The notes: a model not told the origin generated them from the sequence alone. Numbered from the whole stretch's first letter, positions 23,448-35,156 are shown. The stretch: 63,526 nucleotides of DNA, filler included, from Stramenopiles sp. TOSAG23-3 (GCA_900128585.1; 16 parts of 16 records of this genome joined end to end with filler, not necessarily neighbours in it), one strand, 5' to 3'. Translations and numbers: made by a program.

Positions 23448-23546
23448 AGAGAGAAAAGAAAGAAAGAATAAAAGAAAGAATAAAAGAAAGAAATGAAAGA
23501 AAGAATAAAAGAATAAAAGAAAGAAAGAAAGAAAGAATAAAAGAAG
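23448..23546 (+). repeat. Purine-rich (AAAG/AATAAAAG)n simple repeat
   Basis: Direct reading. Confidence 0.85.
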
Positions 23547-23934
23547 GAGAGACAATTTGATGCAAACGGGAAAACGGAATCACAAAAGGGGGGGATCCGA
23601 TGTTCTATGCTGTGTTCTCTTATTCATACGGAGAAAGCCACCATTTCCATACTACAATAAGAAAACATTATAGTTAAGGTACATATCATATCAATAAACT
23701 ATGAGCAGCTACGAGCTATATTGTGTTGTATTAAACATACAAGTATAAATATATACAATTCGTTACTTCCTTAAAACGAAAGGATGAAGAAATCTTGAAA
23801 ATCCGTATAGGGTTATAGATAGGGTTACTAATTCNNNNNNNNNNNNNNNNNNNNNNNNNNNNNNNNNNNNNNNNNNNNTTAATTAATTAANNNNNNNNNN
23901 NNNNNNNNNNNNNNNNNNNNNNNNNNNNNNNNNN

Positions 23935-24061
23935 CAATTGGAATCTTGACCAGAACTTGGGGAGGATCTGCAATAGGAGGAGACATTGTTCTTGAACTGA
24001 CACCTTCTTTTTTCTTTAATTTTAATTACTATAAAATAACAGCCAATATACTTGTTTTTTA
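23935..24061. mobile_element. Family A element, long variant truncated by the contig start
   Basis: CAATTGGAATCTTGACCAGAACTTGGGGAGGATCTGCAATAGG...GTTCTTGAACTGACACCTTC...AAATAACAGCCAAT, nearly identical to 56624-56764. Confidence 0.75.
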
Positions 24062-24142
24062 GTTACTTTGTTTTAAAAGATAAACTGACTTAGGTTAAAT
24101 TTTAAAAAACAAATACAGTATGTAACTGCCAGTATTTTGTTT

Positions 24143-27100
24143 TTAATTTAATATATGTTCGACTGTCTTGCTCGCATCTTCGGCAGAGTCAGCATCGTTT
24201 GTACCCGTTTCACCGACTGCTTCTGCCGAAAGTGATGAAGCTTCCGAAAATTTCTTTGATTTCTTCTGCGTAGATTTAAGTTTTTCTTTGGCTGCTTTTG
24301 ATACTTTTTTCCCAGCTTTAGAATTCTTCTTTTTCGTCTTTTGTTGGGCATTTTTGCTTCCCACTTGCGATTCGGCAGAAGCAGGTATGTCCCCGTCATA
24401 TTTATTATCAACATTTAGTGCTACGGACGTAGCCTTAGATTTACGAGATTTTTGCTCCCTCTTTTTTTTGGTAAGGGGCATTGTAAGGCACAAACGGGCA
24501 GCTTCTCTTCGGATAACGTTTGCATCATCCCCATATTGGGTATCAAGCGTTGATCTGATCAAGTCGATGTCGAGAATTTCTGCCATCATGTCTCTAAATA
24601 TTGTGAAATGTGGCAAAGGGACACCGTCGGTCATTATCTTCTCAATTTGCTCCATTATGTGATCGAAATCTTTCAATCGTTCGTCGAGAAGTTTTATTTT
24701 CATTTCTGATAATAGCGAATGAGGCGCAGGCTTCTTATTCAATAAAACCATAGGGCCACGGCCTTTTCGACTTGGACCATGCATGATGTTTATTCCGCGT
24801 TCATGGGGTTTTTTCCAAGATGTATGCTGCCATCCGAACTCTCCTAAATACGCGTAGTACGGGCGAAGGTGTTCTCCATCAAAAAATTCGTACCAGCCCT
24901 GATCTTCTACAGTGCATTCGGTTTGGGTCATAGTGTAAGCGTCTTTGTATATGTAGTAAGCAAGTCTACTCACAGGATCTCTTTTTTCTATCCATTGCGT
25001 TTTGTTGTCCTCAGGCGTTTCGTGCTCAGAGTGTTTTGTGATGTACTCAGAAATTTTGTCCCATACATACTTTATTGGGGTAAACAGATATGTTATGTCG
25101 GAAAAGCGTTTGCTATATTCGGAGCGCATCTTTTCTTGTTTCTTGAGTTGTTTGAGATTAAAAAATACTTGCATGACGTTTCTACTAGTTTCTTCAAGGG
25201 CTTTCAGAAGCCAGATAGTTTCTCTGAGGGTTGTACTCCGGTCATCAATCCCCCACCCGACTGCTGCCGTCTGGGCATCTTCGGAGAGAAGTATGCTTCT
25301 CATAATATCAACTTCGTAACCTAGGGCCCGTTTCTTTTCAGCCAGGGAAAGCTTGCTTTTGAATCTTGAAAAAGGACGTCGCTCACCACACTTCATGCAT
25401 GATGATGTGTAGGGGTTATTTTGCTCGTCGTTTTCAAAGTTACATGCCCCACAAATCCATTCATTTGAATGTAGCTCGTAAGGGAGTGCCCTGGGCGGGG
25501 GTGGAGGAAAGTGATGTTGGCCAGTTTTATTGATTCGAGACGCCATTCCCTTCTTTGATGCTGACTGCGCATCATCAGAATCGTTTAGTTTATTCGATTT
25601 ACGATGTTTCCTCCGAAAAAGGTTTGCAAACGGGCGCAGTGCCCAGTGCGACCTCACTGTGCGTCTGATCAGTTTTACAGAGTCGCCCCTTTGCTGTAAA
25701 ATCATGTTTACTAAATCACTGAAGCCACTTTGAAACAGGCCCATTTCCCAAAGTTCTTTAAATACACCGTTGGCAAGGTACAAAAAGGTGGCAAACATAT
25801 GAGAAATCATGATCAAAGCAAATGCATTTTCTGTCATGAGTCCTGGGGGGTCCCCTGGGTTTGCTGGTGCCAGCGCTTTGCTTAAAAACATAACACCAAA
25901 AAACAGAACAAACACATGATTCATTAAAGCGACATTTTCCATGTTGTTCAGGAACTGCTCGATAAATGGTTGCTGTTGAATTTGAAGAATTGCCAGACAC
26001 GACAAAACGATCATTACCCCCGAAGCTTGCAGTAAGTGGTATTTTTTCTCTCGGGTTAGGGTCCGGAATAATGCAACAAAAATTTTCCGTGGCATGATTG
26101 CCAAAGGCTCCCATAAATAATGCGTGGTCTTATACTTGTAATAAAGATAGCCATATCGATCACGCATGTCAGGGTCAAACTCTCGCTTGCTATTAAATAC
26201 GTTCGACACTACAATAATACAAAATAAAGGAAACCCAATCCCATACACGGCCAAAAAGAAAAATGCCAAATTTGACAAGAACACGTGCTCTCCTGTCCAG
26301 CACTCTATTGCAGGAGATTCATTTAAAGTATATGTCCCATCTGGTTGCTCGGTGCACAGTAACATTCCGAAAATTTTCTTAGTAATGCTAAGATGAATCG
26401 AGATAGCAATTATAAAGTATGTGTTAATGTAAATGTTTGCTTGATCTCTGTGCCCAGCATTATTAACTTTCCCAGACAATAGTCGCACTTTGTGCATTTC
26501 TTTCACTTGCATCAGGGAGTTTCGGTGAGCTTCAAAATCCTTTAACTTCGGAGTGGTCAAAACATACCGCAGCATATGAGAAGAAAACATTTTATCGTAC
26601 CATGTCCAGCTGTGCAACCGATGGGTTGGATCTGGTGTTCGTTTAATCCACTTCTGCCATTCCGTGCTTTTAGTTAAAGATACACGAAACTCGCCAGAAG
26701 TGGTATAGAGACGCTGGTCCCGGGCACCTTCATTTGCCTTCACCAATGTTTCAGTCTGGTCATTTTCAGTTGATTGGTGTACATTCGGCTCTGCTCTTTC
26801 TCCTTCGGTTACTTCCAGAACGCCGACCCTCAATATATCGCGCAAATGAATAACGTCAATAGAATCGCTTATATCACTATGCACCGCAACAGCTTTCCCC
26901 AATTTTTGCATCACTATCCCAATATTTTCGTCCTGGCTATCCCCAACTCGGTATACTACATTCTGCATGATAACTGGATCTAATGCTTCTAAATCATACA
27001 GCACATTTGGCGCCCCGGTAATGGTGTATGCGATAACGCAAATCAAAAATCCAGGAGCAATGTAGTAGTATCTATAATTGGCATTTGGTAGCAATGGCAG

Positions 27101-27817
27101 CAAAATAGTCGTTGTTTCCGACAACCAATTCAACCCAACATCACCGATATAGACCCACAGGATACCCCCACCAACAAGGCCAACAAAAACAAGGGTCGAA
27201 ATCCTCCAGTTGAACTTGCTGCATCGTAGAACATGAATATGAAATTTGAGACCAAGTACATGCCGTTCTTCCACAATCAATCGAAGTATACTGAATACAG
27301 ACAAAATAGATGCATACACAATCCAAAGCCCAGCCCCAATTATCATCAGTATCGTCCACAACATGCTGTACAGAAATAAACCAAATATCTTCATGAGTAC
27401 AAAAAAAAGTCTGCCTGGCTCATACCATATCTTTCCACACAGTCCATTCTTAAAAGAAGCCTCTTTCTCCTTAACGCACATAACACACAATTTCCTGCAA
27501 CGTGTTATTTTTCTTGATGAATCACTTGCAGTTTTTAACGAGGCAAATAATTCTAGGTCGTATAATAGACTTCCTAAATTAGAATTTAAAAGAGCATCTT
27601 TTTCAACAAAAAATCTCTCTGTATCATGTTTTTCCTCTAAAAATGTTTTGGTGGGCGAAATTGCCTTCCCTGTCTCCTTACTGTTTTTTTTGCCGTCCTC
27701 ACCCGTTTTATTTTCCTCTTCCTCTTCTGCCTTTTTCCCCCCAATCTCTGAGGCTTCCGTTGTATTTTCCTCTTCCTCTTCTGCCTTTTTCCCCCCAATC
27801 TCTGAGGCTTCCGTTGT
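24143..27817 (-). CDS. Large multi-pass membrane protein with RanBP2-type zinc finger and WW-like motif; 5' partial
   Basis: TM block CTEQPDGTYTLNESPAIECW...RYGYLYYKYK...QPF...NNME; WICGACNFEN...CMKCGERRP; GWYEFFDGEHLRPYY...TSWKKP. Frame is open to the contig end, with a 54-bp tandem repeat at 27711-27818. Confidence 0.75.
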   Translation of the reverse strand, partial: TTEASEIGGKKAEEEEENTTEASEIGGKKAEEEEENKTGEDGKKNSKETGKAISPTKTFLEEKHDTERFFVEKDALLNSNLGSLLYDLELFASLKTASDSSRKITRCRKLCVMCVKEKEASFKNGLCGKIWYEPGRLFFVLMKIFGLFLYSMLWTILMIIGAGLWIVYASILSVFSILRLIVEERHVLGLKFHIHVLRCSKFNWRISTLVFVGLVGGGILWVYIGDVGLNWLSETTTILLPLLPNANYRYYYIAPGFLICVIAYTITGAPNVLYDLEALDPVIMQNVVYRVGDSQDENIGIVMQKLGKAVAVHSDISDSIDVIHLRDILRVGVLEVTEGERAEPNVHQSTENDQTETLVKANEGARDQRLYTTSGEFRVSLTKSTEWQKWIKRTPDPTHRLHSWTWYDKMFSSHMLRYVLTTPKLKDFEAHRNSLMQVKEMHKVRLLSGKVNNAGHRDQANIYINTYFIIAISIHLSITKKIFGMLLCTEQPDGTYTLNESPAIECWTGEHVFLSNLAFFFLAVYGIGFPLFCIIVVSNVFNSKREFDPDMRDRYGYLYYKYKTTHYLWEPLAIMPRKIFVALFRTLTREKKYHLLQASGVMIVLSCLAILQIQQQPFIEQFLNNMENVALMNHVFVLFFGVMFLSKALAPANPGDPPGLMTENAFALIMISHMFATFLYLANGVFKELWEMGLFQSGFSDLVNMILQQRGDSVKLIRRTVRSHWALRPFANLFRRKHRKSNKLNDSDDAQSASKKGMASRINKTGQHHFPPPPPRALPYELHSNEWICGACNFENDEQNNPYTSSCMKCGERRPFSRFKSKLSLAEKKRALGYEVDIMRSILLSEDAQTAAVGWGIDDRSTTLRETIWLLKALEETSRNVMQVFFNLKQLKKQEKMRSEYSKRFSDITYLFTPIKYVWDKISEYITKHSEHETPEDNKTQWIEKRDPVSRLAYYIYKDAYTMTQTECTVEDQGWYEFFDGEHLRPYYAYLGEFGWQHTSWKKPHERGINIMHGPSRKGRGPMVLLNKKPAPHSLLSEMKIKLLDERLKDFDHIMEQIEKIMTDGVPLPHFTIFRDMMAEILDIDLIRSTLDTQYGDDANVIRREAARLCLTMPLTKKKREQKSRKSKATSVALNVDNKYDGDIPASAESQVGSKNAQQKTKKKNSKAGKKVSKAAKEKLKSTQKKSKKFSEASSLSAEAVGETGTNDADSAEDASKTVEHILN

Positions 27818-28454
27818 ANNNNNNNNNNNNNNNNNNNNNNNNNNNNNNNNNNNNNNNNNNNNTTAATTAATTAANNNNNNNNNNNNNNNNNNNNNNNNNN
27901 NNNNNNNNNNNNNNNNNNTACTATAATACCAGAAAGAAACAACAACTACAATAAACCAAAAAAACAAAAAGTCTCTGGATCAAAAAAATAATAAATAACC
28001 ACTTTTTTTTTTAACAAACAAATATAGTATTATACATATACATACTTGTTTAAAAAAGAAGAAGAAAAAAAAGAAGAGGAGGAAGAAGAAGAGAAAGAAG
28101 AAGAGAAAGAAGAGAAGAGAAGAGAAAGAAAGAAAGAAGAAGAGAAGAAGAAAAAGTGTAATAAAAAAAAATGTATCTTTATTTCTTCTTCTTCTACTAT
28201 TTATTATTATTGGTGGTGTAGTAGGCAGGATAAGAGAAGAAGAAGGAGGAGGGGAAGGAGGACGCGGCGGCCTATGATTTATATGTGGAATGTGGTTTTG
28301 TTGCATAAAAGAAGTAATGTTAGAAATAAATGGAAACCAAAAGTTATTTCTATGTGACTGTGCAATTGATTAATCAACTAACTAAACACACATTTGAAGC
28401 GTATAATACACGAATAAGAGAAATCGACAAGGACAAACACTACTGTATTAAAAG

Positions 28455-29459
28455 ATGCCGTTTAAAACTCGAGTGACGGAAATGTTGGGGATCGAAAAAC
28501 CCGTTTTGATGGGAGGGATGACTGGGGTAGGTGACGTTGAGCTAGCCGCTGCGGTGTCTCTTGCCGGTGGGTTGGGCATATTTGCTATTCACAATGGTGG
28601 TACCAAAGAGAAAGACATACGCGCGTACATTCGTAAGGCCAAGCGCCTATGTAAAGGCAAACCGTTTGGGGTGAACCTGACAATTCTACCCGCTGCAACC
28701 CCGCCGCCGTATCGCATGTACATGAAGTGCATAGTGGAAGAAGGCTGTAACATTGTCGAAACTGCGGGTAGCGACCCGACGAAGTACGTCAAGTTTTTCA
28801 AGCAGCACGGCCTGATAACAATCCACAAGTGCACGTCAATTCGGCATGCCCTGAAAGCGCAAAGGGTGGGGACGGACATCATTTCCCTCGATGGGTTTGA
28901 ATGTGCCGGGCACCCGGGTGAGGACGACGTGGGTAACTTTGTGCTACAAGCCCGTGGAGCGGAGGAGTTGACCACCCCATACGTATGCTCCGGGGGGGTC
29001 GGAAACGGGAGCCAACTTGTGGCTGCATTGGCGCTAGGGGCAGATGGTGTAAATTGTGGCACACTTTTCTGCGCCACCCACGAAGCAAAATGGCACGACA
29101 ACCAAAAGAAAGCTTTGTGTGACAAAGACGAGCTGAGCACTACGTTGGTGCTCCGCCCGTTGATCAACACCTCTCGCGTGTTCAAGAACAGTGTCTCGAC
29201 CGAGGTTAACAAGCTCGAAGCAGAGAAGGGCGCAGAATTCAGTTTCGGAGACGTTGCGCATCTAATGACGGGGCGGCGCGGCCGCATCAACGTGGAGCGC
29301 GATGGAGACGTCGACGATGGCATCTGGTCGGTTGGCCAAAGCATGGGTCTCATTCATAAAATCGAAAGTGTCCAGGGCGTCATGGACCGTTTCATGGGAG
29401 AAGCAGAGGCAGCCATACGGAAACAATTATCACAAAAGTATATCGGAGCAAGACTGTAG
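28455..29459 (+). CDS. Nitronate monooxygenase / FabK-like FMN oxidoreductase with PTS1-type terminus
   Basis: PFGVNLTILP, IHKCTSIRHA, DGFECAGHPGEDD, ALALGADGVNCGT; ends ARL. Confidence 0.92.
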   Translation: MPFKTRVTEMLGIEKPVLMGGMTGVGDVELAAAVSLAGGLGIFAIHNGGTKEKDIRAYIRKAKRLCKGKPFGVNLTILPAATPPPYRMYMKCIVEEGCNIVETAGSDPTKYVKFFKQHGLITIHKCTSIRHALKAQRVGTDIISLDGFECAGHPGEDDVGNFVLQARGAEELTTPYVCSGGVGNGSQLVAALALGADGVNCGTLFCATHEAKWHDNQKKALCDKDELSTTLVLRPLINTSRVFKNSVSTEVNKLEAEKGAEFSFGDVAHLMTGRRGRINVERDGDVDDGIWSVGQSMGLIHKIESVQGVMDRFMGEAEAAIRKQLSQKYIGARL

Positions 29460-30471
29460 ACGATCACTGCATTACGTTTTAGCGTTATCGCTCCCCTCCC
29501 ACGAAACAAACTTATTTTTTCTCTACATTTTAAACTTTTAACTTTTTTACTCAATCATTTTTTCGACGGCGTTTGTCTTCCTCTGTTGTTCTTGTTGTTC
29601 TTGTTGTATGTTGATGTTATATGATGTGGTGGGGTATGTATTTTTTTTCGTCCCTATATAAAACCAATATTAATATAATATATATATACAGTATTATAAC
29701 TAATAATAAAAAAAACTCCTCCTTATCACTTATCACATCGTCATCATTCTTCTATCTTTTTATTTTTGTGAAAATTGTTCATCCATACTTACTTCTTCTT
29801 CATTCTTCTTTTTTCTTTCTTTTATTCTATTCTTCTTCTTTCTTCTTGGTTCTGGTACCTGTAGTAGTATTAATACCGTAGCAGCTGGAACCTGGAACGA
29901 CGAACTATTCCTCCTCCTCCACTTTACCTTAAATAAAAACAAAAAAACAACAAACAACAAAAAAGAAGAAGAAGAAGAAGAAAAAAAGTATTTATTATTA
30001 TTATTGGAATTATTATATTTATTATATTAAATAGTATTAAATATACACCGTACTACCATCACCACAACCACCACCACGTTTTGTTGTTGTGTTGTAAAAT
30101 AAAATATGCCTACTAATACTATACTAATTGTTTTGTTGTTGAATAATATATTTATTGGTAATAATAATAATAATAAAAAATTCTATATTAAAAAAATATA
30201 CATACTCTGTGGAAACTATTCTCAAATAAATGAATAAAAAGATTAACTTCGTCGTGATAAATTGGAAAATATTTAAAAGTGAATGGTTTGCCGGAAAACT
30301 TTGGAAACGTCCGGGGTCATCTTCCTCTGGAACGATAAGGTGTGTGGGTTGTCCAACGGTAGACTTCCATTGCATTGAATTGTCTAGTTACTAAATATTG
30401 GTGCCCAGTTCGTGGATTTCTTTTCGTCGAACGTTTTTCTTTTTCTCTAACCGTTTTTTGTGTTTGTGCCA

Positions 30472-31311
30472 ATGTCCTCTTTTGCATCTGGCCGCTCCAA
30501 GAAAAGAAGTTGGGCTGACATCAGTAACACCCCGTCTGGCGTTAATCATAACGACCAAACGATTATGGAAAGAAAGCGAAAGTACATGCGAATCAAAGGA
30601 CGGGTAACCGCAGTTTTGAAAGACAAACTTGCAAGTGCGCAAAAGGCCATCAATGAGAATATGCATTCGATGGCAGGGGGTTATGGGGAAGGTAGTGGTG
30701 GGCCATCCCGACCACTATCAGTTCCGACGCCTCCTCCTAGATTTACTCGTTCCGAGATTGCCGCTACTGTGATGAAAGCTGCCCAAGATGAGCAACGCAA
30801 TCGCATAAACCACGGTGGCCTGTATATTGACCGTGAAGACGACTCGGAATTGTGGAAAATACTAGAAGAAGATTTGATTCAGGAACTAGAAAAAGAGGAA
30901 TTGATGGTGCAAGAACAATGCAGGCGCATGGAGGATTACAACCAAGAATTCATAGCGCAGTACGCTGGACCAGTGGGAGATATAGCGCAAAAAACTAAGA
31001 AATGTTCGGGGGAAGGATTCGATGAAATACCGACGCAGTCTTCCTTGGTTTTGTGTCCAGTTTGCCAACAGAGCAATTTGCTGCAACTAAAAGCAATCGT
31101 GTTCTGTGGGTGTGGCATGCGAATCGATACGGGCTCATCGGATGGCCTGTCCTTGGAATATATAGGGGGACGTTTGGCTGATGTGCTTAACAGCCATTAT
31201 AGTACCAGTTGCTCAGGGCGCCCCGTATTCGAGACAAAACAACTGTTTGGTGGCGTAACAAATCTGATCATGGAATGCACAACATGCAACAAGTTGGAAA
31301 TAATCATATGA
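30472..31311 (+). CDS. RPAIN: RPA-interacting protein
   Basis: C-terminal CPVCQQSNL...FCGCG...H...C...P.F...CTTCNKLEII zinc ribbon after an acidic middle region. Confidence 0.8.
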   Translation: MSSFASGRSKKRSWADISNTPSGVNHNDQTIMERKRKYMRIKGRVTAVLKDKLASAQKAINENMHSMAGGYGEGSGGPSRPLSVPTPPPRFTRSEIAATVMKAAQDEQRNRINHGGLYIDREDDSELWKILEEDLIQELEKEELMVQEQCRRMEDYNQEFIAQYAGPVGDIAQKTKKCSGEGFDEIPTQSSLVLCPVCQQSNLLQLKAIVFCGCGMRIDTGSSDGLSLEYIGGRLADVLNSHYSTSCSGRPVFETKQLFGGVTNLIMECTTCNKLEIII

Positions 31312-31606
31312 TGATATTATATGATTAATTTTAGAGAACGGGTGTGCCTGATGATGGCTTTGGCTTGCACGGTGCTTTCATACGTCGGTTGTAAATAAAT
31401 GTAAAAATATGTGTACCCCTCTCTTACATATACGCTTATGCGTTTGTTTATATATATTAACCAGTTAAATTCTGCTTGTTGCCGCATTTGGAAGTTGAAG
31501 GACAGGACAAAGAAGGATGGAGAGGGGAAACAAGTGCGTTTTAAAACCTTAAACGATCTGTTGTTGGTTGCGGTAACATAAATTAAAAATGTGTACTACT
31601 ACTCGT

Positions 31607-31799
31607 TTAATCTGTCGCCATCAAGGAATCCTTTTTCCGTGGGTCATCTCCATACGGGATGTATTTTTCCTTCATCACACCCGCTGCCGCATCTGCTTCT
31701 TCCTGCGTATATTTTTTTTCTCGTAGCTTTTTCAACCGCTTTTTGAACACCTTCGTCTTTTTGTGCCTGTCCAGCGCGTCCTTGTTGGCAAAGTGGCGC
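31607..31799 (-). CDS. BUD20: Zinc finger protein BUD20/ZNF593, C-terminal fragment (not in ORF track)
   Basis: RHFANKDALDRHKKTKVFKKRLKKLREKKYTQEEADAAAG matches the family pattern H.KSK.HK.RLK.L...PY.QEEAE.AAG. Confidence 0.8.
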
Positions 31800-32010
31800 N
31801 NNNNNNNNNNNNNNNNNNNNNNNNNNNNNNNNNNNNNNNNNNNTTAATTAATTAANNNNNNNNNNNNNNNNNNNNNNNNNNNNNNNNNNNNNNNNNNNNG
31901 GAGGTTCTCCAGTCTCTCCTCTTCTCCTACCCCGTTTCTTCCTCCTCATCTCGCCCCCATCCATTCATTGGACATTCTTTGCATGGAAAGGAATCCCAGC
32001 GCAGGCTGGC

Positions 32011-34782
32011 TTACAGTTTACTGCACGCTCCATTGTCCCACTTGATCTCACCGGTGTTAAAGACACCTCTCCCGCAGTTGACGGACATGAAGAAGCTCGC
32101 GAAAACAACTGAGATAATGGCCATGAGCTTCATGACGATGTTAAGGGCTGGGCCACTAGTGTCTTTCAATGGATCGCCCACGGTGTCACCCACGACGCAG
32201 GCGGCGTGCGCGGCGGACTTTTTGCCCGCGTATACGCATAGCCTTCGGTCCAAGCATTCCACGGGCTCTTCCCCTTCCATGACTCGGCGGTACTTTTCTG
32301 GGTCGGCCTTGGACAAGTTTTCAAGGAACGCTTTGATTCCAATGTTGTTCCCGGCGGCGTCTTTTTGCGTCATGCAGAGGTTTCCGGTCCCGTTCTCGCG
32401 GGCGGCAAGCTCGAAGAATTTCTCGCTGGTCACGCCTCCGCCGTGGTAGGGCAACCAACCGTTCAGTTCTCCTTTCTCGCAGTATTTCTTGGCGTTGTCC
32501 CACGCGCCACCGGTGTTGCTCATGGAAATGGCAAGCTGTACGGAGGAGGCAAGGGCTCCGGCGAGAAGGCCGGAGACGGCCTCAACGCCAAAGAAGGTTC
32601 CGCAAAGGATCGGGGAGGCGATTACCAAAAGGCCGGGGGCAATCATCTCGTACAACGAGGCGTTGGTCGCAATGTCGATGCACAGCTGGTACTCTGGCTT
32701 TACCACCTTTCCGCCCTGGCGTTTGACGGCAATGCGCTCGTCGACGGTCATGGTGGCGGCACGGCCGAGGCCTTCGATTGTGGCAAACTGACGGGCAACT
32801 TCCTTGACCATGGCGTTGGCCGCTTCGCCAACGCTTCGCATGGTAAGGGCGGAGAACCAGTACGGGATCATGGCGCCCAGAACGAGGAACGCGAAGACTA
32901 CCGGTCGGAGCAAGTCGATGGTGAACACCTTGCCCTTGTCGCCGAAGGCGGTGACGGACACGCGGGTGACGAAGGCGCCGAACAAGGCGAGGGACACCAG
33001 GGCGGCACTGCCGATGGCGAACCCTTTTCCGATCGCGGCGGTGGTGTTCCCGGCGGCGTCCAGGGCGTCGGTCTTTTCGCGGACGTGGTCTTCTAACTCG
33101 CACATTTCGGCGATTCCGCCAGCATTGTCGCATACGGGGCCGTAGACGTCGATGGACAGGCACGTGGCAAGGGTCGAAAGCATACCGAGGGCGCCCAACG
33201 CGACACCGTACATACCGGCAGTCTTCAGGCCAAGGTAGATGATGGCGCTGATGATGATTACTGGCAAGATGGCCGACTTGTAGCCCAATGCAAGGCCGTA
33301 GATGATGTTGGTGGCCGCCCCGGTTTCAGTGGAGCGGGCAACGTCGCGAACGGGCTGGTACGAGGCCGAGGTGTAGTACTCCGTGATGAACCCGATGGCG
33401 CAGCCGCCCCAAAGGCCCGCAATGACGCAGAAGTAGCAGGTGGTCTGCGTAATTCCCTCGACATTACCGATGGTCATTCCGTCTTTGGGCAAAAAGTTGG
33501 TGGCCAACGGGTAGCAGGCGATGGACATGCCGATAGAGGTAAGAAGGAGCTGCACTTTCAAGACAGTCTCCACCGCCTCTTCCGTTCCGACGGTCCATAT
33601 GTTCGTGGCAACAAAAGACACCAAGAGGCAGACAATGATGCCGGCACCACTGATGAACAGCGGGAACATCAAGTAGTCCCATTCCGTCGCGATTTGAGCG
33701 CACGAGGCGCCGACAAGAAGGGCGGCGCAACTTGCTTCACCGAAAGATCCGAACAGATCGCTTCCCATGCCGGCAACGTCGCCAACGTTGTCGCCAACGT
33801 TGTCGGCAATAACGGCCGGGTTGTATGGGGAGTCCTCATCGAGCTTGACGCCGTCGACGCCAATGACTTTCCCTGCAAGGTCGGCACCAACATCGGCAGC
33901 CTTGGTGAAGATTCCCCCACCAACGCGCCCGAACATGGCAATGGAGCTACCGCCAAGGCCGTAGCCCGCGATGCACTCGAAGAGTTTGTTGTAGTCCTTG
34001 CCAAATACTCCCTGGTAGATAAGGCAGAGGACGTACAGAGTGATCAAAGAAATGCCACACAGTGAAAATCCCATGACCCCACCGGCGCGGAAGGCGGCGT
34101 TGAAACTCTCCCTCCAGCCCTCTGCACCCAGCTTGTTCGCGGATACCGTGCAACGTGCGTTGCTGTTGACGGCGACCATCATGCCGATGTAACCGGAGAT
34201 GATGGAGGTCATTCCGCCTACGACGAACGATAGCGCGGTGAGGCCGCCAGACTGCCAGTCCCATTCGTCTGCGCTTACGTGCGACACGAGGACGAACACG
34301 ATAAGGCCGAACACTGTGATGAACAAGAAGCAGATCTTGTACTCGGCCCACAAGAAGGCCTTCGCACCGACGCGGATAGTGTTGTAGATTTCCTTCAACT
34401 CTTCGGACTTTGCTGCTATCTCCTCCGCACTGCTGCTGTCGGATCCGGCAAGCATGCTGTAGGTCGCCTGGGATCCGCCCGCCCGGTTGACGGATTTCCC
34501 CGACTTGGTCGGTGTCAGCTCCAACTTGATGCTGGACACGACGCTGTTCAAGTACAGGGCGAAAACGATACCAATGGCACCAGTGGTGAAGATGACTGCC
34601 GAGGCTTTGCTCGAATGGTCATCGGCGTCCTTTTTCTTCTTGGTGTTGTTCTTTGGCGCCACCGTCGGGGAACTTACGCCTTGCTGAGTCTTCAACATGG
34701 ACTTTGGTTGCCCTTCCGCAGTGGTGGTGGCGACAAGGCCGACCAAGCAGATGGCAAGAAGAAGAGTAGCTGTAAATTTCAT
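32011..34782 (-). CDS. Membrane H+-translocating pyrophosphatase, K+-dependent type, with signal peptide
   Basis: GGGIFTKAADVGADLAGK, DNVGDNVGD, TEYYT, DAAGNTTAAIGKG (Ala, K+-dependent type), GDTVGDPLKDTSGP. Confidence 0.97.
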   Translation of the reverse strand: MKFTATLLLAICLVGLVATTTAEGQPKSMLKTQQGVSSPTVAPKNNTKKKKDADDHSSKASAVIFTTGAIGIVFALYLNSVVSSIKLELTPTKSGKSVNRAGGSQATYSMLAGSDSSSAEEIAAKSEELKEIYNTIRVGAKAFLWAEYKICFLFITVFGLIVFVLVSHVSADEWDWQSGGLTALSFVVGGMTSIISGYIGMMVAVNSNARCTVSANKLGAEGWRESFNAAFRAGGVMGFSLCGISLITLYVLCLIYQGVFGKDYNKLFECIAGYGLGGSSIAMFGRVGGGIFTKAADVGADLAGKVIGVDGVKLDEDSPYNPAVIADNVGDNVGDVAGMGSDLFGSFGEASCAALLVGASCAQIATEWDYLMFPLFISGAGIIVCLLVSFVATNIWTVGTEEAVETVLKVQLLLTSIGMSIACYPLATNFLPKDGMTIGNVEGITQTTCYFCVIAGLWGGCAIGFITEYYTSASYQPVRDVARSTETGAATNIIYGLALGYKSAILPVIIISAIIYLGLKTAGMYGVALGALGMLSTLATCLSIDVYGPVCDNAGGIAEMCELEDHVREKTDALDAAGNTTAAIGKGFAIGSAALVSLALFGAFVTRVSVTAFGDKGKVFTIDLLRPVVFAFLVLGAMIPYWFSALTMRSVGEAANAMVKEVARQFATIEGLGRAATMTVDERIAVKRQGGKVVKPEYQLCIDIATNASLYEMIAPGLLVIASPILCGTFFGVEAVSGLLAGALASSVQLAISMSNTGGAWDNAKKYCEKGELNGWLPYHGGGVTSEKFFELAARENGTGNLCMTQKDAAGNNIGIKAFLENLSKADPEKYRRVMEGEEPVECLDRRLCVYAGKKSAAHAACVVGDTVGDPLKDTSGPALNIVMKLMAIISVVFASFFMSVNCGRGVFNTGEIKWDNGACSKL

Positions 34783-35156
34783 ACTACTAGCGATAATATG
34801 GTGTTGGTTTTTTTTGTACAGGAAAAAGAAATCAACAAAGAAAGCGAGAAACAATTATTCCAAACTGTCTAAAATTATTGTGAACAGCCTTTCTTTTTCT
34901 TCTGTCCTCTTTTATTTGCTCACCGTTCACTCTCTCAGGACAGGATAAATCCATCCGCCGCCATTTGACCCCCCCCCCCCCCCTCCCTCCGCCCTGGTGT
35001 GGTGTAGAAGCTAAAATATTATTTATTATTTTATAATATTTTGCGTGGTTGTGAGGTGGCATGGTACCCAGGTGTAATACCGGTATTTTTTTGTTAGTTG
35101 CTTTAGCGCTTAGCATCTTCTTATGAATGGCTAAAATTAATTTAACTTTTAGGGCT

